The position numbers and the translations under genes are program-made. DNA of 64,000 nt from a virus. Location of the stretch: the IMG/VR virus record IMGVR_UViG_3300031231_000003, positions 60,422-124,421 of that record, one strand, 5' to 3'. Shown piece by piece: positions 48,820-58,800 of this stretch; position 1 is the first letter of the stretch, and the number at the start of each line of letters is the position of its first letter. Under the pieces are notes generated by a model. The model made no database searches and was not told the DNA's origin. It was given only the letters and a program-made list of their open reading frames with translations.

Positions 48820-50601
48820 ATGATCCAATTGAATGAAGTTACGTGGTCTCGAATTTGTCCAACTTGTGATCAACCAACAACACATAAAAATCGTGCAAAA
48901 TGTCTTTGTGCGGAAAAACTAAAAACGACATGTTCAAGTTGTTCTGCAAAGCAACGAGGAAAGAAAAGATCGGCACATGATTTATGTCCAATTTGTAAGA
49001 ACGAATTTAGAGTCCTTGATGTTCAAGAACACTCTGAACTACATTCAACGACGCCTCAATTACTTTGGTTGTTAAAACATTCATGTGAAATTCCTAAGTG
49101 TCGATGTGGTTGTGGTGAATCAACGAACTGGGCAAATTGGAAAAAAGGCTTCAGTGAATTCTTGAACGGTCATAACGGAAGTATTTACACGTCCTACGAC
49201 CTGCAAAAAGCTAAAGAAATTAGTGATAAAAGAAGATCAAAATTGATCGGGAAAGTTGGTTGGGCCAAGAACCAAACGATGGAAAATAACACAATAATTA
49301 AAAATCGTGCTCAAGCATCCGCAGCCGGAATACGCAAAACATTTGCTGAAGGTCGAATCGCCTGGTCAAAAGGATTGACGAAAGAAACCAATCCTGCCGT
49401 AGCCAGCATGGCTAAAAATTTAAAGGAGGGGTTCGCGAATGGAACGTACAAGCCGTGGGCAAAAGGATTGACGAAGGAAACAAATCCAACCCTTGCAACC
49501 ATGGCAATGAATGTTTCTTTTGCATTAAAACAAAAGGAATTGCATGAACGGCTAACAATCATTAAAAGATTGACTAAAAGCGAAATTTTAGATCGAATCA
49601 AAACCAACAGCAGCATCGAATTGCTTGATGATCTTTCACCGTATTTGTCGTTGACATCGACAAACATAAACGTTAAATGCAAACTTTGCAATGAAACGTT
49701 TAAATCATCAATCAATAATCTTGTAAGTGGAAACCGGTGTTACATTTGTTCTCCCGCTTGGATCTCATCTGGACAATCTGAAATCATCAATTTCGTCAAA
49801 AGTTTGAATTTTTCACCTCTGGTAAATGACAGATCAGCGATTAGTCCTCTTGAGCTTGACATATATGTACCAGAACGTCGATTCGCAATCGAATACAATG
49901 GCCTGTATTGGCATTCCGAGCTGAATAAAAGTGCAATTTACCATGACAACAAGACGAACAAATGCCTTACGAGTGATGTTCGTTTATTTCATGTTTTTCA
50001 AGATGAATGGGGAGAAAAATCAGACATCGTTAAAAGCATGATCAAGCATCGTTTGGGAATTTTTGATCGTGTAATTGGGGCTCGTAAATGCACGATACAT
50101 GTTTTAAACAACAGGCAACGAATAGAATTTTTTGAAAAAAATCACATTGATGATGATTCATCCGCAGGAATGTGTTTGGGTTTAATTCACAACGATGAAT
50201 TAGTGGCCGCATTATCATTACGAAAAGCGTTTCATAAAAAATACGAAGACGCTCTCGAGGTTGCTAGATTTTGCACTAAAACGTTCACAGCCGTGCCAGG
50301 TGCTTTGAGTCGTTTAACTTCACATGCTAAAATTTATGCAAGTTCGATGGGATACAAGCGATTGATCACTTACGTTGATTCAAGATTAGGAACCGGTGAA
50401 GCTTATAAAAAAGCTGGATTTTCCCTTGTGTCAAACACAAAACCTCGATTCTGGTGGACTGACATGAAGTACCGTTTCAATCGTTTCAAGTTCCGTGCCG
50501 ATCCAAAAAACAACATGACGGAGGCTCAGGTTGCTGGGGAAGCGGGTGTAGTGAAAATTTGGGGGTGCAAGAATTACGTGTTCGAGCTCATCATTGAATG
50601 A
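48820..50601 (+). CDS. Hef-like endonuclease, paralog of 46476..48164
   Basis: 'CRCGCG', 'WSKGLTKET', 'WAKGLTKET', 'ELDIYVP..FAIEYNGLYWHS','ARKC','EVARFC','YVDSRLGTG.AY..AGF'. Confidence 0.7.
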   Translation: MIQLNEVTWSRICPTCDQPTTHKNRAKCLCAEKLKTTCSSCSAKQRGKKRSAHDLCPICKNEFRVLDVQEHSELHSTTPQLLWLLKHSCEIPKCRCGCGESTNWANWKKGFSEFLNGHNGSIYTSYDLQKAKEISDKRRSKLIGKVGWAKNQTMENNTIIKNRAQASAAGIRKTFAEGRIAWSKGLTKETNPAVASMAKNLKEGFANGTYKPWAKGLTKETNPTLATMAMNVSFALKQKELHERLTIIKRLTKSEILDRIKTNSSIELLDDLSPYLSLTSTNINVKCKLCNETFKSSINNLVSGNRCYICSPAWISSGQSEIINFVKSLNFSPLVNDRSAISPLELDIYVPERRFAIEYNGLYWHSELNKSAIYHDNKTNKCLTSDVRLFHVFQDEWGEKSDIVKSMIKHRLGIFDRVIGARKCTIHVLNNRQRIEFFEKNHIDDDSSAGMCLGLIHNDELVAALSLRKAFHKKYEDALEVARFCTKTFTAVPGALSRLTSHAKIYASSMGYKRLITYVDSRLGTGEAYKKAGFSLVSNTKPRFWWTDMKYRFNRFKFRADPKNNMTEAQVAGEAGVVKIWGCKNYVFELIIE

Positions 50602-50657
50602 TCAAACATTCCTGACTTCGTTCCGCATGTTGTGTTAGGATACATGTTAAACCTCAC

Positions 50658-50843
50658 ATGATGTTCAAAGATCTCCAGCCAGGAAATTTGTTGGTTTATG
50701 GCAATGTTCTACTTGTTCTTTCGATAGAATCTAAAAAGCACTCGTGTGGAATGACAATCTCGTACCTGGGAAACTATGGCGTGTTTCGTCAAGTGTACCA
50801 TCAAGAATCTTGCATAGATCAATCAATACGAGTCGTTAAATGA
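50658..50843 (+). CDS. Small xLxPG-family protein
   Basis: 'MFKDLQPGNLLV...LLVLSI'. Confidence 0.6.
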   Translation: MMFKDLQPGNLLVYGNVLLVLSIESKKHSCGMTISYLGNYGVFRQVYHQESCIDQSIRVVK

Positions 50844-51079
50844 CTTACGGTGAACTCGTTCCGGGTGACTTGCTCATCAATGACGCTCTTGGTACCATCA
50901 TCGTCATAGCAATTGATACCACAACCGTGTTGTTCGGGAACGATACTTCGGCACATATCAAACTATCGTTCCTTAGTACCTATAAGTCAATGTTCAACGT
51001 TCACATGCCATCGATGCAACATTGCACGAGCTTCGTTCGTTCAACAACTATACAACCCTCGTTGTCAAAAAAGAGGTAG
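50840..51079 (+). CDS. Small xLxPGD-family protein
   Basis: 'MTYGELVPGDLLI...IIVIAI'; ATGA overlap. Confidence 0.6.
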   Translation: MTYGELVPGDLLINDALGTIIVIAIDTTTVLFGNDTSAHIKLSFLSTYKSMFNVHMPSMQHCTSFVRSTTIQPSLSKKR

Positions 51080-51249
51080 TTTTTCAACGAACCGTCCACT
51101 GTTAAGACTGAAATGCTTCTATCGAACGCATTGCACCGCGTCTTTTGGTTTGCAATGACGAGACCTTGCATGTCACGAGCTGAGTGAATTAGAACGTCGC
51201 CTGGCTGAAGATCTTTGATCAATAACTGCAATCGTAGTACCTCGGCCAC
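51001..51249 (-). CDS. Small xLxPGD-family protein (convergent)
   Basis: 'LIKDLQPGDVLI...GLVIAN'; 3' end overlaps the convergent ORF. Confidence 0.5.
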   Translation of the reverse strand: MAEVLRLQLLIKDLQPGDVLIHSARDMQGLVIANQKTRCNAFDRSISVLTVDGSLKNYLFFDNEGCIVVERTKLVQCCIDGM

Positions 51250-51274
51250 AATTTTATCTTACATACTTATCGAC

Positions 51275-51964
51275 GTGAATGCGTTGAAATTGTACGTACA
51301 AAACGTCTTGAATGAAAGAATCCGCTCGACAAGTGTGACATCTCCCCACGGTGATCTGAACGTGGGACCGTTCAAGCTTGAACAATTCAAGAAAATGAGC
51401 GGGCTTGCACAGATGCAAAATTACGTTGTTAAACGTCTTGAGTACGTTGCTGAGGGATCATCACGGCAGACATTCGTTTTAACGAGCACAAAGGTTCTAA
51501 AACTTGCCATCAATCGAGCAGGAATTGCTCAAAACGAGCAAGAGGTTGAGGTATTCACGGATCCTCGAACAAAAGATATCACGACTCGTATTTACGAGTA
51601 CGATCCCGACTTTTTTTGGATCGTGAGCGAGCTTGTCAAACCATTCGATGACAAGGATGACATTGAAGAATTTCTTGACGTTAGAATGCCGAATGCGACC
51701 GTTACAGCGGTCGATTTTTACGATTTTGTACTTGACGCAAGCGTCGGTGATGAACCATCGTATGAATCGCGTGCAAAGCTTCCCAACAGGGTAAAACAGG
51801 ATTTAGAACGCATTGCAAAGATGATTGAAGATCTTGTCGATCATCATAACATGTTGCCGGGTGATCTTGCGAAGGAATCTTCGTGGGGAAGATCATCTGA
51901 TGGACGTCTTGTGTTGTTGGATTACGGATTCACGCATCGTGTTAGAAATGATCACTATACATGA
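51275..51964 (+). CDS. Protein-kinase-like protein, paralog of 29905..30822
   Basis: GTG 51275 after TACTTA; 'EGSSRQTF','VLKLA','QNEQE','WIVSELV','GDL....WG','LLDYGF'. Confidence 0.7.
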   Translation: MNALKLYVQNVLNERIRSTSVTSPHGDLNVGPFKLEQFKKMSGLAQMQNYVVKRLEYVAEGSSRQTFVLTSTKVLKLAINRAGIAQNEQEVEVFTDPRTKDITTRIYEYDPDFFWIVSELVKPFDDKDDIEEFLDVRMPNATVTAVDFYDFVLDASVGDEPSYESRAKLPNRVKQDLERIAKMIEDLVDHHNMLPGDLAKESSWGRSSDGRLVLLDYGFTHRVRNDHYT

Positions 51965-52000
51965 TGCATGACGGGTTCGCAGTGACATACTTACATCTAA

Positions 52001-52408
52001 ATGTCGCTCAACAACGCATCATCAGGTCTTTTTAACGCCGTCGAATACCAAGCTCCGGGATTTCCCTGGTTGACTTCTAGCGCGGCGAACACGACTCCTT
52101 CGAAGCTCAATTTCTTCAAGGTCACTCGAGGAATCACGGTGCGAAATCTGGGTGCAACACCGTTGCATATCGGGTTCACGCAATTGGGCGTCACCGCAAC
52201 GGGTTCCAATAGGTACACGATTCCCGCTTCTACGTCAGAGCGTCTCGAGATTCGAACCGCAGTGCTTTGGCTTCAGGCTGAATCAGGAACCGCGAACTAC
52301 AGCATTCTTGCCGAGTTAACGTTGATTGATGCAAAAATGATGCCCGAGCTCACTGGATCAACGTTGTCGGGTTCGGGTCAAGGATTTGGGTGGCAAGGTG
52401 TCGGGTGA
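52001..52408 (+). CDS. Putative virion structural protein
   Basis: 'EYQAPGFPWLTSS..F..VTR.ITVRN..LHIGF...GV..ILAELT.I'. Confidence 0.55.
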   Translation: MSLNNASSGLFNAVEYQAPGFPWLTSSAANTTPSKLNFFKVTRGITVRNLGATPLHIGFTQLGVTATGSNRYTIPASTSERLEIRTAVLWLQAESGTANYSILAELTLIDAKMMPELTGSTLSGSGQGFGWQGVG

Positions 52409-52456
52409 TGCAATTTTTTATTTAAGTAATTCAATTACTTACACGAGGATTCTATA

Positions 52457-52870
52457 ATGGGCGGTGCACTTTACGATAAGGGTCGAGAAGCGTTTCTTGG
52501 TCCAGCAACAGGTCAGATCAATTGGTTCAATGACACGATCAAAGCGTCATTGGTCAGTTCATCGTATGTTCCAGATCTAACCTCGCATCAGTTCGTTCCG
52601 TCAATTCATGCTCACACGGCCTCTCTGACAGCACAAACGGTCGGTTCAAGAACCGTGACTAACGGAGTGGCGGACGGTGACGATGTTTCATTCACTGCGG
52701 TTGCAGCGAACTTCGTGTTCGATTACGTTGCTCTTTTCAAGGACAGTGGTTCACCGAACACGTCACAATTGATTGCGCTGATCAGTGGATCTGGAATGCC
52801 ACTGACATCATCGGGAGCCGATATTTCTATCGTGTGGTCCAACTCAGCGAACAAAATATTCAAGTTGTAA
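52457..52870 (+). CDS. Conserved phage structural protein preceding fibre genes
   Basis: 'ALYDKGREAFL..INW..DTIKASLV...GVADGDDVSF..G.DI.I.W...KIFKL'. Confidence 0.65.
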   Translation: MGGALYDKGREAFLGPATGQINWFNDTIKASLVSSSYVPDLTSHQFVPSIHAHTASLTAQTVGSRTVTNGVADGDDVSFTAVAANFVFDYVALFKDSGSPNTSQLIALISGSGMPLTSSGADISIVWSNSANKIFKL

Positions 52871-52882
52871 CATACGTAATTC

Positions 52883-55800
52883 GTGTCATTCATAATTGCT
52901 GATTTTGTCAGAGAAACATCTCTAACTACCGGCACGTTCGCAATTCAGCTAAGCGGGTTAAGGTCACCTGGACAAACGTTTTCATCCGTGCTCGCGAACG
53001 GTGACACGCTAGATTACACGATAGCTCATGCTTCGTTGAATGAGTTCGAAACGGGTCTTGGAACGTACGATTCAGGAACGAATTCATTAGCTCGTTCGCT
53101 AGTTTACGCTTCATCGAATGGAAATTCTTTAGTAAATTTCAGTCCAGGTACGAAGAACGTTGATCTAAGCTATCCCGCTGAGCGTATCAAGCAAACTACA
53201 AATAGCATTCTGAATCTATCTGCTTCGGTGACAGCGAGTTTCTTGTCAGCAAGCAATTCGTTATCGTTCACGTCATCATCGTTATCTGTAACGGATCGTT
53301 CAATTCAATCGCAGATCAACTCCGTTTCAACGTCAGCAACTGCAAGCTTTTTGTCCGCATCGAATTCGATCACGACAACCTCTGCATCGATAAACAATAC
53401 AATCACAAACCTCAGAACGCCACAATTCGTTGTGCTTGCAGCAACGGGTGAAACCACGAATGAACGTGTTCTGACGTCAGGTGGGGGCGTGACACTAGCT
53501 GATGCAGGTGCGGGTTCTACGTTGACGCTAGGAATCAATAATTCCATCGTTGCAACGGTCTCGGGAACAACGTTCACTCAATTGACGGGATCCATTCAAA
53601 AAACCGCATCCGGTGTTTCATACCTGGCTGGAAGCCCCGACGTTTTCATCTCTTCGGCCTCAAATGGTCAGATAGGGGTTTCATTAAATCCTTCGTTCAG
53701 TTCTTCTCTCGTCAACGTCATTAATTCCGCGACATCTTCGTTCAATACATTGACATCACGAATCTCCTCCGTAGAAGTTTCTGCGACAGCGTCATTCTTG
53801 TCCGCGTCTAATTCGATTGGGGGACTGAGCTCGAGCGTCGTTCTGTCGTTCGTATCTTCGTCTAACGCTCTTACTGCGGCCTCATCGTCGTTCGTAACGA
53901 CGATCAACAATTTAAGTTCCACCGTCGTTTCTTCGTTCCTGTCTGCATCTAATTCTATTTCTGCGACTTCGGCATCGTTGAGCGTCACCGATCGATTGCT
54001 TTCTCAGTCTTTGGTCAACGTTATCGTTTCGACGACGAGCTCGTTTAACACTCTGACAAGCAGGATTACCTCAGTCGAGGTATCTGCAACCGCAAGTTTT
54101 CTTTCAGCTTCTAATTCAATCAACTCATTGAGTTCAAGCGTTGTCTTGTCATTCGTTTCTTCATCGAACGCTTTGACAACAACATCAGCATCGTTTGCAA
54201 CATCTGAAAGATTATTGTCACAATCTCTAGTTAACGTCATCAATTCTGCGACGTCTTCGTTCAACACGTTGACAAGCAGGATTGCTAGCGTTGAGGTCAG
54301 CGCAACCGCATCATTCTTATCTGCGTCTAACTCGATCACTGCGACATCATCGTCGTTCGTTACGACGATCAACAATTTAAGTTCAACTATTGTCGCTAGC
54401 TTCGTATCTGCGTCAAACGCTTGGATTGACAAGGCTTCGAATCAAACGATGACGGGAAACAAGTCATTTTCGGGCGGTTTGTCTGGCTCGGTTCAGAACC
54501 TATCGAACGGTACTTCGTACCTCGTTGCTGGTACGAACGTTACAATTGCATCGGCTTCGAGTGGACAAGTAACGATCTCTGCTATTTCTGCTGGTTCCGG
54601 TGATCCGAACGCGTCTTATGTTGTGATCGGTCTTACTGGATCACTGAATGCTGAACGTGCATTGACTGCTGGCACGGGATTGTTGTTGACTGATGTTGGT
54701 GTCAATTCGAACGTTACACTCGCGATCACTTCCGAATTCAGTTCATCATTACGGGACGTCATTGCATCGGCAACGTCTTCGTTAAATGTTCTTACTTCAC
54801 GAATCACCTCTGTCGAAGTTTCTGCCACTGCGTCGTTCTTATCAGCATCTAATTCAATCGCTGTGACATCATCTTCGTTTGTGACGACGATCAATAATCT
54901 TAGTTCGACGGTTGTATCATCGTTCCTATCGTCATCAAATGCCACCCAATTAACCTCGGCTTCGTTTGCAACGTCAGAACGCCTTCTTTCGCAATCGCTG
55001 GTTAATGTGATTACCTCTGCAACGGCATCATTTAACACGTTGACATCACGAATCTCCTCCGTAGAAGTTTCTGCGACAGCGTCATTCTTGTCCGCGTCTA
55101 ATTCAATAGGTTCGTTAAGTTCAAGCGTCATTCTTTCATTCGCTTCTTCGTCCACGTCACTACAAGCAACATCAGCTTCGATCAACGGAGCGATCACCAA
55201 TCTTCGAGTACCAAGTTTTGTCACCCTAGGAACGTCTTCTGAGTTATCAAACGAACGCGTTCTAACTCAAGGCGGTGGAATCACGTTGACTGATGCGGGG
55301 GCTGGATCCACAACAACCCTCGGAATCAACAACAATTTGATAGCAACGGTCACAGGATCCACCTTTGCTCAACTTTCGGGTTCCCTTCAAAGGTTAGCAG
55401 ATGGAACTTCTTACCTCGTAGCGGGGGCTGGAATGACAGTCTCAAGTGGTTCGAATGGTCAGATAACTTTAACAACCACGCTCGCTGATCCCGGTGCTGC
55501 GTATGTCTTGATTGGAACGACAGGATCTCTTGCGAACGAGAGAGCACTAGCTGTTGGCGCGGGATTGCTTTTGGTGGACGGTGGGGCGGGTGGAAACGTA
55601 ACTCTATCGATAACGTCTGAGTTCAGCTCATCCCTTAGGGATGTCATTGTATCCTCAACGTCATCGTTGAACGTTTTGACATCGCGAATTGCTTCAGTTG
55701 AAGTATCTGCGACGGCCTCGTTTTTGTCTGCTTCTAATTCAATCGGATCATTGAGCTCAAGCATTGTTCTTTCATTCGTATCAGCGTCGAACTCGTTACA

Positions 55801-58800
55801 ATCAACATCGGCTTCATTTGCAACGTCAGAACGCTTGCTTTCTCAGTCCCTCGTTAATGTTATCGTCTCAACAACTGCAAGCTTTTTGTCTGCTTCAACG
55901 TCAATTACAACGACGTCGGCATCAATAAACTCAACAATCAACGCATTGAGAATTCCTTCGTTCATTGCGCTTGCATCGTCAAACGAGCTAACAAATGAAC
56001 GAACTTTGACTCAAGGCGGGGGTATCACATTAACGGATGCTGGTGCTGGTTCGACGCTAACATTGGGAATCAACAACAACGTTATTTCCACCATTTCGGG
56101 TTCAACATTTTCCCAATTAACAGGTTCCATTCAAAAACTCGCTGACGGAACTTCGTACCTTGTCGCTGGTTCTAACATTACGATTTCATCCGCATCGAAC
56201 GGTCAGATCATGATTTCTTCTCCCACATCGGGAGGCGCCGCTGATCCGGGAGCCGCATACGTTCTAATTGGAACGACGGGTTCACTTGTAAACGAAAGAG
56301 CTTTAGTTGCTGGTACTGGTTTATCGTTGACTGATACTGGTGCTGGCGGAAACGTAACTTTAGCTATTACTTCTGAATTCAGCTCATCGCTGAGAGATGT
56401 CATTGCGTCTTCGACATCCTCATTTTTATCTGCTTCGAATTCAATCACTGCAACCTCATCTTCGTTCGTAACGACGATCTCAAACCTAAGTTCAACGGTT
56501 GTCGCCTCATTTCTATCATCGTCAAATGCATTAACTTTTACTTCCGCTTCGTTCACCAGTACTGATAGATTGTTATCACAATCGCTGGTGAACATCATTG
56601 TTTCGACAACAAGCTCGTTTAATACGCTGACATCAAGAATTGCGTCCGTCGAAGTATCAGCAACAGCATCGTTCCTATCTGCTTCGAATTCAATCGGATC
56701 ATTGAGTTCAAGCGTTATCTTGTCATTCGCATCTTCGTCGAACGCTCTAGCGGCAACATCGTCCTCGTTCGTAACGACGATCTCGAATCTCAGTTCGACC
56801 GTCGTAGCCTCGTTCTTATCGGCATCGAACTCGATCTCCACAACATCAGCATCACTCAGTGTTACCGATCGATTATTATCTCAGTCTCTAGTTAACGTCA
56901 TAATTTCTACAACATCATCTTTCAACACGTTAACGAGCAGGATTGCTTCGGTCGAAGTATCTGCAACAGCTTCATTTTTATCAGCTTCAAACTCAATCAC
57001 TGCGACATCATCGTCGTTCGTAACGACAATTTCAAATCTAAGTTCAAGTGTTGTTACAAGTTTCGTATCCGCATCAAACGTTTGGGTTGACAAGGCCTCG
57101 AATCAAACGATTTCAGGCAATAAATCATTCTCTGGTGGTCTTTCAGGTTCAGTTCAGAATCTATCGAACGGTACGTCGTACATCGTCGCTGGAACGAACA
57201 TAACGATCACCTCTGCTTCAAGTGGTCAGGTAACCATTTCATCAACTGCGACGGGTGGGGGTGCCGATCCGGGTGCAAATTACGTGCTCATCGGAACCAC
57301 AGGATCGCTTGCGAATGAACGAGCCTTAACCGCCGGAAGTGACTTAAATCTAACCGATGCGGGTGCCGGGGGAAACGTAACCATTGGATTGAATCAATCG
57401 TTCAGTTCGTCGTTGGTGAATGTAATCAATTCAGCAACCTCTTCTTTCAATGCATTAACGAGCAGGATTGATTCCGTTGAAGTTTCTGCCACGGCATCGT
57501 TCCTGTCGGCTTCGAATTCGATCGGTGCATTGAGTTCAAGCGTTGCATTATCTTTCATATCGGCATCGAATGCCTTGACAACGACCTCTTCTTCGTTCGT
57601 AACGTCGATCAGCTCCTCGTTTTCAGATTCGATCTTTGCAGGATTGAGAGTTTCGCAATCAACGTTCGATGCGACTGGAAGCGTCTCATCGATTCCAGAT
57701 TCGTACACAACGAATCCCGCGACGCAAACTAACAACCTTCGACGTCCGACGTTTCAATACTCGGACAACGGACAACCTTGTTTAAGGTTCCTCACGAACG
57801 ACACGCTGAGCTGGCCCATAACACCTTCGAATTCTGGAAATCAAAGGTGGGGCGTTGCATTTTGGGTCAAGTTCGATGATCTATCTGGAGTGAAGGCTCT
57901 CTTCACCACAATGACAACCGGCGGTGCTTCCGCGAATCGACTTCGATTCTACCAGCAAACTTCCGGTTTGACATGCGAGATCTACGCAACGTCAGTGGCC
58001 GGCAGGTTCGTGAATGCTGCGAACTGTCTTACTTTGGGTTGGAACTTCGTATCGTTCGAGTACGACTCGTTGCAACCCACAGAAGCTACCAAGGCGGTGA
58101 TCACCGTCAATGGTTCAGCACGTACAACGTCGTTCGGTAATCAAGGCGGGGGCGCTGCGATCGGTGACCTGATCTCGGTCACGGGAACTCATGTCATCGG
58201 TGACATTCAAAATGGAGCGCCCAGCCTTCCATTGAATGGCGTCATCGGTCCGAATTTATTCCTGTTCGGAAGTAAAATGTTCCAAGCAACAACGGGATTG
58301 TTGACGAATCGAGCTCGCCTCCAATTGATGGATTACGAGAAACCGATTGATCTTGCAACGATCCAGCCAGGACTCGTTGATCTCACGACGACGCAATCGA
58401 TCACCGGAAGCAAGACATTTCTGAATGGACTTTCGGGATCATTACAACAATTGTCGGGGGGATCATCGTACCTCGTCGCTGGTACGAACGTAACGATTGC
58501 TTCGGCTTCGAATGGACAGGTAACGATTTCATCAACGGCAACGGGAGGTTCGGGTGATTCGAACGCATCGTACGTCGTCATCGGGTTAACTGGTTCACTT
58601 AGCGCGGAACGTGCTCTTACAGCAGGAACTGGTTTGTCGTTGATCGACGGTGGTGCCAATTCGAACGTTACGTTAGCAATCACGAATGAATTCAGTTCAT
58701 CGTTACGAGACGTCATTGCAACAACAACATCTTCGTTCAATAACTTGACGTCAAGAATTGCGTCGGTCGAAGTTTCAGCAACGGCGAGTTTCCTTTCTGC

